From positions 6,882,001 through 6,946,000 of the forward strand of contig OX597815.1 of the NCBI GenBank assembly GCA_951406725.2: a stretch of DNA of 64,000 nucleotides, given 5' to 3'. Under the pieces are notes generated by a model. The model searched no databases. It was not told the origin of the DNA and saw nothing but the letters and a program-made list of their open reading frames with translations. Position numbers and translations under genes: made by a program. Positions within the stretch are counted from its first letter, which is position 1; every line of letters starts with the position of its first letter. This document shows, piece after piece, positions 48,911-61,474 of this stretch. Source of the DNA: Octopus vulgaris. Taxonomy: Eukaryota.

Positions 48911-48997
48911 AGTATGCCAATAGTTCTATGTATAAACTAGCTATAAAAATGTTGCAAGCCAAACAAAAGGGAGGCAGTTATTACTACAAGGTATTAC

Positions 48998-49156
48998 CTG
49001 GTATATATCGTGTCCTATCCATTAGGCCCACAGTGGAAATGTCCCCTTCAGCTGCTAGATAAGATGAGTACCATTTAATTTGATTCACATTCCTCTTAAG
49101 TTCAGCTTCTTCTAATTCTAACTCTTCCTCAAAGCTTTTAATAGCATTTAGAAACT
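48998..49156 (-). CDS. Upstream chain, exon C5 ((E)FLNAIKSFEEELELEEAELKRNVNQIKWYSSYLAAEGDISTVGLMDRTRYIP)
   Basis: gtcttttcAG / GTAATA, phase 1->1, open; F..A..SFEE.LE.EE shared with C3. Confidence 0.75.
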
Positions 49157-49496
49157 CTGAAAAGACATCAAAGAAGCATTAATTTAGATATGAGGCCACA
49201 TTTGCCTATCTGAGACCTTGTTCCTTGTACATGTGTAGAACAGGGCTTTGCAACTGGTATGCCATAGCACGTATTCCATGGCACACTGGTGTGCCATGAG
49301 ATGATGCTAGGTGCGCCGCAGTGTAACCTGAATATAATCTTCTTCCTTGTACTTTTAGTTGTAATTTTAAAACATCTTTCAACCAAATGAACTTTCTCTT
49401 TTGTTTTTATCATTACTAAGCTAAAACAACAATGGGTTTGTCCCATCCTTAGTACTGAATCAGTTAAAATATATAAGTGGTTATCAAAGTAAATGT

Positions 49497-50070
49497 TACT
49501 ACTATGGCACTCCGTCGGTTACGACAATGAGGGTTCCAGATGATCCGATCAATGGAACAGCCTGCTTGTGACATGTGTACCCTTAATGTAGATCTCGGGG
49601 GAGATTCAGCATGACACTGTGTATGACAAGGTTGGCCCCTTTGAAATACAGGTACAACAGAAACAGGAAGAAAGAGTGAGAGAAAATTGTGACGAAAGAA
49701 TACAGCAGGGTTCACCCCCCCACTGCTGGAGCCTTGTTGTTGTTGTTGTTAAGCAACAAGATGGGTAAGGGTGATTAGGTGATGGTCTAGGGCTTAGGGG
49801 TAGGAGATGCCAGACCTTGGGAAAAAAAATACTTTGGTCGTCGTCTTGTAGTCGAGGGCTCTTCATTGACGCCTGACATCACAGGGAGGTGACCCTCGAA
49901 GTTACTGGAAATGGAGATCTTCAGGTCCAAATTCTTGAACGGCGTCAGAGCCTCGTGGAGTTTTAGGTGTTTTTGCTCAATAAACACTCACAATGCTCGG
50001 GCTGGGAATCGAAACCGCGATCCTATGACTGGGAATTTGCTGCTCTAACCACTAAGGCATTGCACCTCCA
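49497..50070 (-). mobile_element. tRNA-derived SINE carrying a nested (CAA)n-tailed retroelement end (49735-49947)
   Basis: TSD CAAAGTAAATGT (49485-49496, 50071-50082); nested piece flanked by GAGCCT. Confidence 0.8.
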
Positions 50071-50124
50071 CAAAGTAAATGTAGACGGTATATTAATGTA
50101 ACATAAAGTAAATTTATGGTTTAC

Positions 50125-50314
50125 CTTGTATCTCAAGTTGAGTAGAAATGCTCAATCGTTTATCAGAAGCTGGCAAGTCTATAGTATGAAGCTGTTGAGA
50201 AAGTTCCAAAGAAGGTGCCCGAGAAGGTTCCGAAGGAGGCGCTCGGGAAGTTCTCACAGGATGTGCTCGAGACATTCTCACAGGTGGAGGTCCGAGACAA
50301 CATAATAAACGATA
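50125..50314 (-). CDS. Upstream chain, exon B5 (YRLLCCLGPPPVRMSRAH...LPASDKRLSISTQLEIQ)
   Basis: tttatttcAG / GTAAAC, phase 0->1, open; 3' end SDK....Q resembles B1/B2; internal 24-nt tandem repeat. Confidence 0.7.
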
Positions 50315-51665
50315 CTGAAATAAACGAAAGAAAAGGAATGTGGTGATATTCTCACAAAGTATTGGTGTAATTAGAAAAATGGGTTCAAAAGCCTCTGGTT
50401 CATAAGTTTTAGAATACTTCATAGTTGTTTAATCAGAAACTTGGCTGCTTGGTCAAAATCTCAGGGTCGCTACTTCTAGTTAGTTAAAGAATGTTTGAAG
50501 AGATTACAACTACGTTTAGTCATATACAGAAAGGGTCAAAGGTCACAGAGGGATCCCAGAATTCAATAACTCCTTTTTCTTTGAAATGTGTGCAGTCATT
50601 GACTGGGGGGCAGTACGGCAAATGAGCTAGTGCATGCATCTGTGTGAGGGCATATAGACGAGTGCGGATGCACGTATCAAAATTCACTGTAAAATGAGCT
50701 CAGGTGATCAAACGAGTGTATTCTCAATCCATGATATCGAAGATCTTCCTGCAGGGTTGCAGTGTATGAAATGCCTTGAAGGTTTTTCAGAAGTGAAATG
50801 TGCCTGGCACTGTTGTCGTGGGTAATTTCTGAGATTAGCAAGAACGAAAGTGTAGCATGCTTGATGCGCGAGACAGGTAATTTCCTCCATTCATTACGTG
50901 ACCAAACAGGGGTCTGACAGAGGAAAATTATGTCTAAGCATGAGCGCAGAGCATGTGAACATCCGACGTGCATCGAGTTGGAAAAAGAGCTGAGCTGGCA
51001 CAAACGTGTTGGAAAACTAGGCAGTAGAGGCATAATAGAGTTGCATGTGTGTGTGTGCAAAAGAGCTCATGGCTGAGGTAGTATGCTAATGTAGTGATTA
51101 CAAATACAGTGTTGAATATGCCAGTGCTTAAGGCAGTGCTGGATATTTCAGCCAGTGCATGAGGTATTAAACACCTTGAAATGTGAAGGAGCAAGATTGA
51201 GGCATGTGGTGCGTTGTAGAGGAAGAACAACTTTCTCTATAGATAAGTGACCGACCTAGGGTCTTACAGGGGGAGGAAGAAAAACAAAGCCAGAAAGGTA
51301 TGGTATGGTGCAGGAATGAGATAGTGTTAACATGTATACTCTTTTACTCTTTTACTTGTTTCAGTCATTTGACTGCAACCATGTGGTTGGTTAGCAAGCT
51401 ACTTACCACACAGCCACTCCTGCGCCTATGTGTGTAACAATACAAACGTTTCCAAAATGAATGAAAAAATGGTACATGCAAAATGCAACGTGCGACAATG
51501 TGATTGAAAAAAGGTGGAAGTGCATTCTGCCTGAATGGAGGCATGAACCAATGGCTAAGTCCACCTAAATAGATTGGCATTTGAATCAGTGTGGATTGTT
51601 ATCTTCTTGAAAAGAAAGCCCTAGTAAATGGTTTCAGCAGATAAGTTACTTAAGAGAATACTTAC

Positions 51666-51709
51666 TCCCTTAGGAATACGGGGTAACATTGCCGCAATAT
51701 CTTCAGGAT
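51666..51709 (-). CDS. Upstream chain, linker exon A5 ((D)PEDIAAMLPRIPKG)
   Basis: ccttttatattgcAG / GTAAGT, phase 1->0. Confidence 0.7.
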
Positions 51710-52184
51710 CTGCAATATAAAAGGGGAGAATTCCATTCATCATCATCATCATCATTTAGCGTCTGTTGCCCATGCTGGCATGGGTTGGACGGTTTCACCG
51801 GGGCTGGCAAGCTGGAAAGCTGCACCAGACTCCAGTCTGATTTGGCATGGTTTCTACGACTGGATGCCCTTCCTAACACCAACCACTCTGAGAGCATAAT
51901 GGTTACTTTTACATGCCAGTGGCACAGGTGGCATTTGTGTGACACCAGTATCTGCCATGACTGCGGTTTTGCTCAGCTTGACAGATCTCCTTCTCAAGCA
52001 CGACATAATGCCAAAGGTCTCGGTCATTAACCCTGTGAGGCCCACTGGCTTTGCTGTATCCCTCAGTGTGCATGTATCTTCAGGCTTCTATCTTTCTCAC
52101 TAAACACATACCCAATGACCACTAAGCCAGTGAAAGTATTTTTCTGACAAACTACCAGATGTATACCGTACGGTTTATTAACTA

Positions 52185-52405
52185 CTACATTATTTACATT
52201 ATTTACAATAGACATATATGTATCCTCATCATGTTTGTTGTTACCACAATGTTTCGACTGATTTATTCTCCAGCCTTCATCAGGTGTTCTGGAAGAATTT
52301 TGAACCCAACCTCTATAATTGTCAACGGGCTTATAGTGTAATGGTTAAGAGCATGGGCTACTGACCCCAAGATTCCGACTTCAATTCCAAGCAGCACCTT
52401 GAATA
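52185..52405. mobile_element. tRNA/hammerhead element, copy 5 (inverted HHR tail, then plus-strand tRNA head)
   Basis: Minus-strand AACAC-CTGATGA-A-GGCTG..CAGTC-GAAACATT at 52243-52288; head about 52326-52400. Confidence 0.75.
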
Positions 52406-52476
<71 letters not shown>

Positions 52477-52487
52477 TAATAATTATA

Positions 52488-52892
52488 AATAGAATAGGAA
52501 GCTGGACATAGTCTTAATTGAGAAAGAAAGCAAACTATGCTGGATCATAGATATAACATACCCAGCTGACAACAAGGTATGTGATAATGAAGAAAGAAGA
52601 GTCGAGAGATACAACAGGTTAGCTTGGGAGGTAAAGCAGTTGTGGTCGATGAAAAAGGTAGCAGTAATTCAATAACTGTCGGAGCCCTGGGAACAGTGAG
52701 TAAAAATCTTGAGAGGTACCTAGAACAAATAGGGGCTGCAATAAGAGTGGAGCACTTGAAGAAAACAGCACTGATTGGAACCGCTCGAATACTCTGGAAG
52801 GTGCTCGAAAAATAAGAGGTGTTACCTTAGTTCACTGGTAATGAACAGCTGACATTGTAATACATCTCCAGCGTTAGAAGCTGTGCAAAGGC
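52488..52892 (+). mobile_element. R4/Dong-clade non-LTR retrotransposon 3' end (restriction-like endonuclease) in a (TAA)n tract
   Basis: NRKLDIVLIEKESKLCWIIDITYP...VGALG...LKKTALIGTARIL frame with one frameshift; (TAA)n on both sides. Confidence 0.8.
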
Positions 52893-53093
52893 AATAATAA
52901 TAATAACAACAACAACAACAACAATAATAATAAACAATAATAAACATTCACTAGTACAACACTAAGTACAAAACCAAATATATGGCACCCTAGGCATAAC
53001 ATCAACATGAACTTCCAACTTGTTGTCTCTTGAGGTCTCTGGGTGAGACTTGGAGCCAACTTGTACAAATGTAAAGCAAAAGTCAGTCATAGG

Positions 53094-53126
<33 letters not shown>

Positions 53127-53395
53127 TTAATAATAATAATAATAATAATAAATGCCCTGATGCAGTACCAGGCAGTGGCTCTCATGGCTTCTGATCTTAA
53201 CTGATTGGAAGTGTTATCATGTACATTGTTTTGTCTTGGTATAAAAGATGGGCTACAGCAAATATTCTGCTCATCTTAAGCTGGTAAGTTAATAGAAAGC
53301 TGGAGCTGTCAGGGCTTTCCTCTAATTCTTTAGTGATAAATGTGATATGTTGTAAACCAAATGAAAGAGAGGCACTTAGCACTACACAATATTAC

Positions 53396-53476
53396 CTAGT
53401 GCTGGAGGTGATCTCAAAATTGATTTTCTCTTCACTATATCCATTGAGGGTTTCGGGCGAGGTTCACGGCGGAGCA
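53396..53476 (-). CDS. Upstream chain, short phase-1 exon ((V)LRREPRPKPSMDIVKRKSILRSPPAL)
   Basis: tatattttaccAG / GTAATA, 81 nt, phase 1->1; flanks duplicated with the exon at 55477. Confidence 0.65.
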
Positions 53477-54261
53477 CTGGTAAAATATAAATAAAATATA
53501 ATTTTTAGATATAACTAGGTTGTTGTTTGCTGCTACACTGCAGGTAAAAATATTTGTTAAACATGCACATACACCTGCATAAATTATTAAAGTGAAGGTC
53601 ATTTTTTAAAGTCTGTATTCGAGCGAGGTCGTTGCCAGTGCCGCTGGACTGGCCCCTGTGCAGGTGGCACGTAAAAAGCACCATTTGGGCATGGCCATTG
53701 CCAGTACCACCAAACTGGCCCTCTTGCCGGTGGCACATAAAAGCACCCGCTACACTCTCGGAGTGGTTGGCGTTAGGAAGGGCATCCAACTGTAGAAACT
53801 CTGCCAGATCAGATTGGAGTCTGGTTCGCCAGTCCTCAGTCAAACCATCCAACCCATGCTAACATGGAAAGCGGACGTTAAACGATGATGATGATGATGT
53901 CTTGTCTATATGTTGAATGTCTCACAAACACACACACACAAACAATCCCATTAAAATAACAAAATGGATATTATATATTCATATGAAACGAAAAAATAAA
54001 TGCGCTCTTTTAAAGCCTAGCCAGGCTCATGGGCCCGGTTTCCCAGTTTCAATGGCGTATGTGTTCCCCAGCTGGATGGGACACCAGTCCATCGCAGCGT
54101 TACTCATTTTTGCCAGCTGAGTGGACTGGAGCAACATGAAAGGAGGTGTTTTGCTCAAGAACACAATGCATCACCCGGTCCAGGAATCGAAACCACAATC
54201 TTACGATCATGATGCTGACACCCTAACCACTAAGCCACGCGCCTCCACATATATTCATATA

Positions 54262-55390
54262 GTCACCCGTATTGAAAATCAGGGAATGACTCACGAAGTG
54301 GTCATACCCAGTAACTGGTGTAGCAGCACCATAATCAACTGCTACAAAGGTAAAGGTGACGCCTTAGATAGAAATAATTACAGAGGTATCAAATTGTTGA
54401 ATCAGGAGATGAAAGTTACAGAGAGGGTCACAGCCCAACTAATTAGGGATAGGGTTACTCTAGATGAGCTGCAGTTTGGTTTTGTGTCAGGGAGAAGCAC
54501 CACTGATGCTATATTTTTGGTAAGGTGTAGGAGAAATATACAGCCTAAGACAAACCTTTGTACTGGGATTTTGTTGACTTGGAAAAAATCATTTGACAGG
54601 GTCCCTAGATCCCTTATCTGGTGATCAATGCAGAAACTAGGGATAAATGAATGGTTGGTAAGAGCTGTAGAACCCATGTATAGGGACGCTACCAGTAAGG
54701 TGAGAGTTGGCAGCAAGTATGGCAAAGAATTCAGGGTACAAGTAGGGGTTCACCAAGGATCGGTCCTCAGCCTCCTTTTGTTCATCATAGTCCTCCAAGC
54801 AAAAACAGAGGAATTCAAGACAGGCTGCCCCTAGGAGTTTCTCTATGCTGACGATCTTGTTTTTATAGCTGAATCACTACCAGAACTAGAGAAGAAGTTC
54901 CAGGTACGGAAACAAGGTCTAGAATTAAATGGCCTAAGAGTTAACCAAAAACCAAAGTCTTAGTTAGTAGGAAGGCAGACAAATCACAAATCCCTTCAGT
55001 TAGATGGCCCTGCTTGATCTATAGAAAAGGCATAGGTAGAAACTCCATAAGATGCACCTGGTACATCCTATAAGCTATGAACATATAAGAGGTGTAGCAA
55101 TATCAGGGCAAGGTTAAGAGGGACAATAACTTTTGTATGTGGAAGGTGCACAGGTACAATAAACACTGGAAATGTAGAGAAAATAGACTCCATCAACTGT
55201 CAGTTGGGTAAGCTAGAGGTAGTAGACAGCTTCTGTTATCTGGGTGACCAAGTAAGTAGAGGAGGTGGATGCTCCAAGAGCATAGCTGCGAGAATAAGAT
55301 TAGGCTGGGCAAAGTTCAGAGAGCTCCTACCTCTGCTGGTAACAAAGGGCCTTTCCTCAGAGGGAAGGGCATATTGTATGATGCCTTTGT
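54262..55390 (+). mobile_element. Degenerate RTE LINE reverse transcriptase
   Basis: YKGKGDALDRNNYRGIKLL..QFGFV, GVHQGSVLS, LYADDL motifs with stops. Confidence 0.88.
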
Positions 55391-55476
55391 CAGGGGTTTT
55401 CTCTAATTCTCTAGTGATAAATGTGATATGTTGTAAACCAAATAAAAGAGAGGCTCTTAGCAATGCATAACATTAC

Positions 55477-55530
55477 CTGGTATACTGCCCAAAGGTCTCA
55501 TTAAATCGAATTCCGCATCATCATCATCAT
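55477..55530 (-). CDS. Upstream chain, short phase-1 exon ((D)DDDDAEFDLMRPLGSIP)
   Basis: tatattttccAG / GTAATG, 54 nt, phase 1->1; ends ATACCAG|GTAAT like C5. Confidence 0.65.
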
Positions 55531-56157
55531 CTGGAAAATATAAACAAAATATACCTTATAGATATGATTATAACGACATTTTAAAGCATATATACCTAAA
55601 CAGACATGGTGTCCTCCAAAAATGTATGCACACTTTAGAGGAATGCCAATGAGAAATGTTCCAGAAGACTATGGATGTTGATGAGCTCCACAAAGGCACA
55701 GGAGTGGAGCAGGAGTGGCTGTGTGGTAAGTAGCTTGCTTACCAACCACATGGTTCGAGGTTCAGTCCCACTGCATGGCATCTTGGGCAAGTGTCTTCTA
55801 CTATAGCCTCGGGCTGACCAAAGCCTTGTGAGTGGATTTGATAGATGGAAACTGAAAGAAGCCCGTCGAATATATGCATCATCATCATCGTTTAGCGTCT
55901 GCTTTCCATGCTGGCATGGGTTGGACGGTTCGACCGGGGTCTGGAAAGCCAGGAGGCTGCACCAGGCCCAGTCTGATCTGGCAATGTTTCTACGGCTGGA
56001 TGCCCTTCCTAACGCCAACCACTCCATGAGTGTAGTGAGTGCTTTTTACGTGCCACCAGTATGGAGGCCAGGCGAGGCTGGCAACGGCCACGATCGGATG
56101 CTGCTTTTTACGTGCCACTCGCATGGAGGCAGTCGGGGTGGCGCTAGGAAGTCGGGG

Positions 56158-56201
<44 letters not shown>

Positions 56202-57951
56202 ATGTCTATGTTTGTCCCTTCAACATCGCTTGACAACCGATGCTGGTGTGTTTGCGTCCCCATAACTTAGCGGTAGAATAAGTACTAGGCTTACAAAGAA
56301 TAAGTCCTGGGGTCAATTTGTTCGACTAAATGAGGTGCTCCAGCATGGCCGCAGTCAAATGACTGAAACAAGTAAAAGAGAGGAAGAGAAGTCAAGAAAG
56401 GATACTAAGAATGTATTGAGAAACTAGTCATGAGACAGGAATTTCGAAATCAAGCATTCATCGCATTTTATAAAGTTGTCGTTAGAAAAGTTGCATTTCA
56501 AGAAGTGGTTATTGCTTTTAATAAAAACGATCTGAGGAATTTTTCACTGGTCTGGATTTGGTTACAGTTGCTGGCAGGCTTGTAAGACAGGTATGATCAA
56601 GGCGGCAAGCTGGCAGAAACATTAGCACGCCGGGCGAAATGCTTAGCAGTATTTCGTCTGCCGTTACGTTGTGAGTTCAAATTCCGCCGAGGTCGACTTT
56701 GCCTTTCATCCTTTCGGGGTCGATTAAATAAGTACCAGTTACACACTGGGGTCGATGTAATCCGTCGACTTAATACCTATGTCTGTCCTTGTTTGTCCCC
56801 TCTATGTTTAGCCCCTTGTGAGTAATAAAGAAATAGGTATGATCCTTGTAAAACAGGTTTGATCCATTATGATCCTTCGCTGGGTGATTCTCTGCAGGTT
56901 TCTACTTTAACATCCATTACTTTGACACTCAAATCAGAGATCAATTGAGAAGTTTCCAGAATTTCTCAGTGTATGGCCAGGTTTAGTTCTACAGTGATAG
57001 TAGGGGAAGACAGGGATCAGCTGCTGAAAGGATCAATTATGTAGTTGAACCATTTCTCAGCATTCCAGAGTCCAGAATTATAATGCATATTTTTTTGGCT
57101 TGCCATTGTCAGGGAGTTAGTAGTGCATTAAATAAAAACCTGATGTTTATTGCAATCAACCCATTGTATCAAAGCAAAAAAGAAAAAAATGAGTTATTGG
57201 CTTTCATACAAAAGATGGCTGATGTGATCGTCAAGGCATCATCATTCAGTCTTAGAAAAGAGACCTGTTTCTTTGGTATATTTCATCCACACATGAAGCC
57301 GTGACAATTTTGTTACATCTAACCAGTCAACTTATGCATACCTAACTAACCTACTTATGTGTACCTTTCCTTCTTTGGACACTAAAGTCTGCTTGCGAAG
57401 ACCTGTTGAGGCAAGTGAAATCGAAATCAAATTCGATGAGTGGCATCTGTGCTAGTGGAGCGCTAAGAGCACCATCTGAGTGTGATCGTTGCCAGAGCGG
57501 CTAACTGGCAATCGTGCCAGTGGCATGTAAAACTCACCATTCAAGTGTGATCATTACCAGAGTCGCCTTACTGGCACTTGTGCTGGTGGCACGTGAAAAA
57601 AGATTTGAGTGAGGTCGTTGCCAGTGCTGCTGGACTGGCTCCTGTGCAGGTGGCACGTAAAAAACACCATTTGAGCATGGCCGTTGCCAGTACCACTTGA
57701 CCGGCCCTCGTGTTGGTGGCATGTAAAAGTAACCGCTACACTCTTGGAGTGGTTGGCATTAGAAAGGGCATCCAGCTGTAGAAACTCAGCCAAATCAAGA
57801 TTGGAGCCTGATGCAGCCATCTGGTTTGCCAGTCCCCAGTCAAATCATTCAATCCATGCCAGCATGGAAAGCGGATGTTAAACGATGATGATGATGATGA
57901 TAACCATCTATATAATTGAAATGAAGGAGAACCAATGTCTTAGTATAAAAT

Positions 57952-58447
57952 ATGTGTGCATGTGTCCATGTGTGTTTGTGTGTGAGTGTGTGTGCATGCA
58001 TATGTGTGTGAGTGTGTGCATGTGTGTGTGAGTGTGTGCGTGTGTGTGTGTGTGTGTGCGTGTGTGCATGTGCATGTGAGCACGTGTGTGTGAGTGTGTG
58101 TGCATGTGTGCATGAGTGTGTGTGTGAGTGTGTGCGTGTGTGCATGAGTGTGTGTGTGTGTGTGAGTGTGTGCATGTGCATGTGAGCACGTGTGTGTGAG
58201 TGTGTGTGCATGTGTGCACGTGTGTGAGTGTGTGTGCATGCATATGTGTGTGAGTGTGTGCATGCGTGTGTGAGTGTGTGCATGTGTGTGTGTGCGTGTG
58301 TACATGAGTGTGTGTGAGTGTGTGCATGTGTGCATGTGTGAATGTGTGTGTGTGTGTGCGTGTGTGCATGAGTGTGTGTGAGTGTGTGCATGTGTTCATG
58401 TATGTACATGTTTATGTACAAAAGTGTGTATGTAATAGTTTGTGTGG
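57952..58447. repeat. Compound (TG)n / TGCA / TGAG microsatellite
   Basis: About 500 bp of purine-pyrimidine alternation; source of the His/Thr-rich ORFs. Confidence 0.95.
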
Positions 58448-58578
58448 TCATTATGGAGTCAAAAGAATGATGGGTTTATCCTATTGTTAGTCAATGAATG
58501 AAATAAAATACAAAGATGTCTATCAAAATAAATGTAGACAGTACAATAATGAAAATATAATGGAAAAGAATGGTTTAC

Positions 58579-58648
58579 CTTCTATCCTAACTGTGGGAGT
58601 AGCACCACGCAAGTCGTCGTCTTTGAAATCAGCATAATCATAAGGGGA
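58579..58648 (-). CDS. Upstream chain, exon B6 (SPYDYADFKDDDLRGATPTVRIE)
   Basis: ctttgctccAG / ATAGAAG|GTAAAC, the same donor context as B1; phase 0->1. I could not find its upstream exons. Confidence 0.65.
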
Positions 58649-61273
58649 CTGGAGCAAAGGAAACAGAAAGACATATACACAGGGCTGGCCAGAATTCACC
58701 TGACAGTAAATCAAAATTCCATAAATACTCTCTGTAATTCTGTATCGACTTGAATGGAAAATGTGTTGTTCAAGAAGGACTTCAGTTTGGACAATTTTCA
58801 TGATGTTTCATAATCAAATGCTTATATTAAATTCATTCAGTTGTTAAACATAAATGAATTTTGGAATTAAATGGCTTTTTTGATTTACTGTCAGGTGACT
58901 TTTGACCAACCTTATATATATATATATATATATTTATGTATATATAGTACGTTTTTATATTTGTTGTGCAAGATTTTTTATGTGAAGTCGTGTGTTGAAA
59001 CAGATATTGCTATATTTCGGAATGGTCATTTTGCCAGTTTAGCCAATAAAAGATTAAGATTAATGTAAAAAATAAATAACACTGAAGCAAAATAACACCA
59101 AATATATAGAGCGTGTGTTTTTATTGGCTAAACTGGCAATATGACCATTCCGAAATATAACAATATGTATATATATTTTGCTGCGAAAGGTTTTTGATAC
59201 GGTGCCACTTTTACAATCCTGTAAATAATAAGGCATTTTTTTTATATAAGCTTAAAGCTTATGGCAATCACTGTGCAATGACTAAGGAAAATAGTCTAAT
59301 AAAGGGGCATGTAAGCCCTCGACAGAAAAAAGAAGGCTTTCCTATTTGCTTGGGAGTCGAACCCACATCTCTTTGCTAATGTGACTAAGTGTGTTACCTT
59401 TACATCAGCGAATCAGCCACCCAGCTTTTTCCTGTCAAATTTAAGAAGTGAAAGCAAATAGAAAGTTTGTTTACATATAAAAAAATAACAAATACGAACT
59501 ATTATAGTTCTTAAATTTGACAGGAAAAAGGAGGCTGATAAAGGGATGTGGGTTCAACCCCCACGCGGATAGGAAAGCCTTCTTTTTTCTGTTGAGGGGT
59601 TATATGCCCCTGTATTGGACTATTTTCCTTTGTCATTGCAAGGTGATCACCATAAGCTTTAAGCATATATAAATATACCATATATATATATGTATGTATG
59701 TATATATATATATAGGGGAGAATTCACTGGCACCCATCATTGACCCTATCACATCACCAACTCCTTCCCCTGTGCTTTCCCCACTCTCCCAGCATTGGTT
59801 GTCAAGCGATGTTGGGGGGACAAACACAGATACACAAGAATATACACACATACATACATACACACACACACATATATACGATGGGCTTCTTTCAGTTTCC
59901 GTGTACCAAATCCACTCACAAGGCTTTGGTCAGCCTGAGGCTATAGTAGAAGACACTTGCCCAAGGTGCCACGCAGTGGGACTGAACCCGGAACCATGTG
60001 GTTGGTAAGCAAGCTACTTACCACACAGCCACTCCTACACCTATGAAACTTGGAGAGTAACAACAAACAAGGTGAGGGCACCTGTCCATCCATTGTAAAT
60101 AATGAAACTTCAAGCATGAATTACTTATTGGTTGGAACCCTGGGGGAATGCCATCCCAAGCACAGGTACAAATACTATTTATATTTCACATCAAGCACAC
60201 CTCCACCCCACTTCATCACTCACTACCTTCATTCCCATCTGTTAATCTCCCCTCAGTCCTAAAACCCCTACCAAACCCATCCTTTGTTTTCCCAACCCAC
60301 TGTCCATACCCTCACTTCCTTCTTGAGGCTTTGCTCTGGTACCCCATCACTATCATCTTACCTTCTTCCTAGATACACCCACCTACCCTTATATAATGCA
60401 GGGTAGCCATGTATTTTTTGCTATAGCAAGACACCTGCACATGTCCTTCTGGCACACTTTGACCTCCCCACACCTGGCATAAAGCACCTTCCAAAATACT
60501 CACCCACCATGTGAAGGAGCTTTTTCCTTTTCTTGTCCTTTCACCTATCATGCAAGTCACTTGTCAACCTCAGTAGTTTCTGGTGGCCAGTCCTCTCTGT
60601 AAAGTGGTTGGCATTTGGAAGGAAAACCAGCTGTAGAAACCCTGACAAAGCAGACATCAGAACTTGATGCAACCCTGCAGTTCACTGGACCCTGGCAAAC
60701 CACCCATGCCATCAAGGAAAACAGACATTAATTGGTTACGATGATGATTATATATGTTTACACACACACACACACACCTTATATACTGGTATCAAATTTT
60801 GACACTAGGCTAGCAATTTTGGGGGTGAGACAAGTCAATTACATGGACCCCCTGTGCTCATCTGGTACTTATTTTATCAACCCTGAAAGACTGAAAGGCA
60901 AAGTCGACCTTGGGGGGAATTTGAACTCAGAATGTAAAGACGCACGAATTGCCCCTTAGCATTTTGCCAGGCATGCTAACGACTCTGCCAGCTCGCCGCC
61001 TTATACATACCTTATATATATATTTCTTTATTGACCACAGGGGGACTAAACATAGAGGAGACAAACAAGGACAGCCAAAGGTATTAAGTCGATTACATTG
61101 ACCCCAGTGCATAACTGGTACTTATTTAATCGACCCCGAAAGGATGAAAGACAAAGTCGACCTCGGCGGAATTTGAACTCAGAACGTAACGGCAGACGAA
61201 GTACGGCTACGCATTTCGCCTGGCGTGCTAACGTTTCTGCCAGCTCGCCGCCTTATACATACATACCTTATAT

Positions 61274-61474
61274 CAGTGGTTTTCAACCAGGGTTCCGCCA
61301 GTTCAGTCCAGGGGTTCCGCAAGAAGTTACAAAACTGCTAAAATCGGCAGTAATTTTTAATTCTCCTGTGCAGATATGTGTGCATAAGACTATTAAATTA
61401 TTGCACAGGGGTTCCTCGAGCCAGTGGAATGTTTCCTTGGGGTTCCGCTCCAGCAAAAAGTTTGAAAAGCTCTG
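61274..61474. mobile_element. hAT (Charlie-like) MITE
   Basis: CAGTGGTTTTCAAC ... TTTGAAAAGCTCTG TIRs, 8-bp TSD CCTTATAT. Confidence 0.85.

Noticed and set aside
50291-50314. YRLLCCLG resembling CEP57 'YRLCLG' middle motif
   Set aside because: Too short, not followed by PFVAGKS, and in a B-type exon context; probably chance.
57849-58451. 200-aa His/Thr-rich ORF
   Set aside because: Translation of a compound (CA)n microsatellite, open in all three frames.
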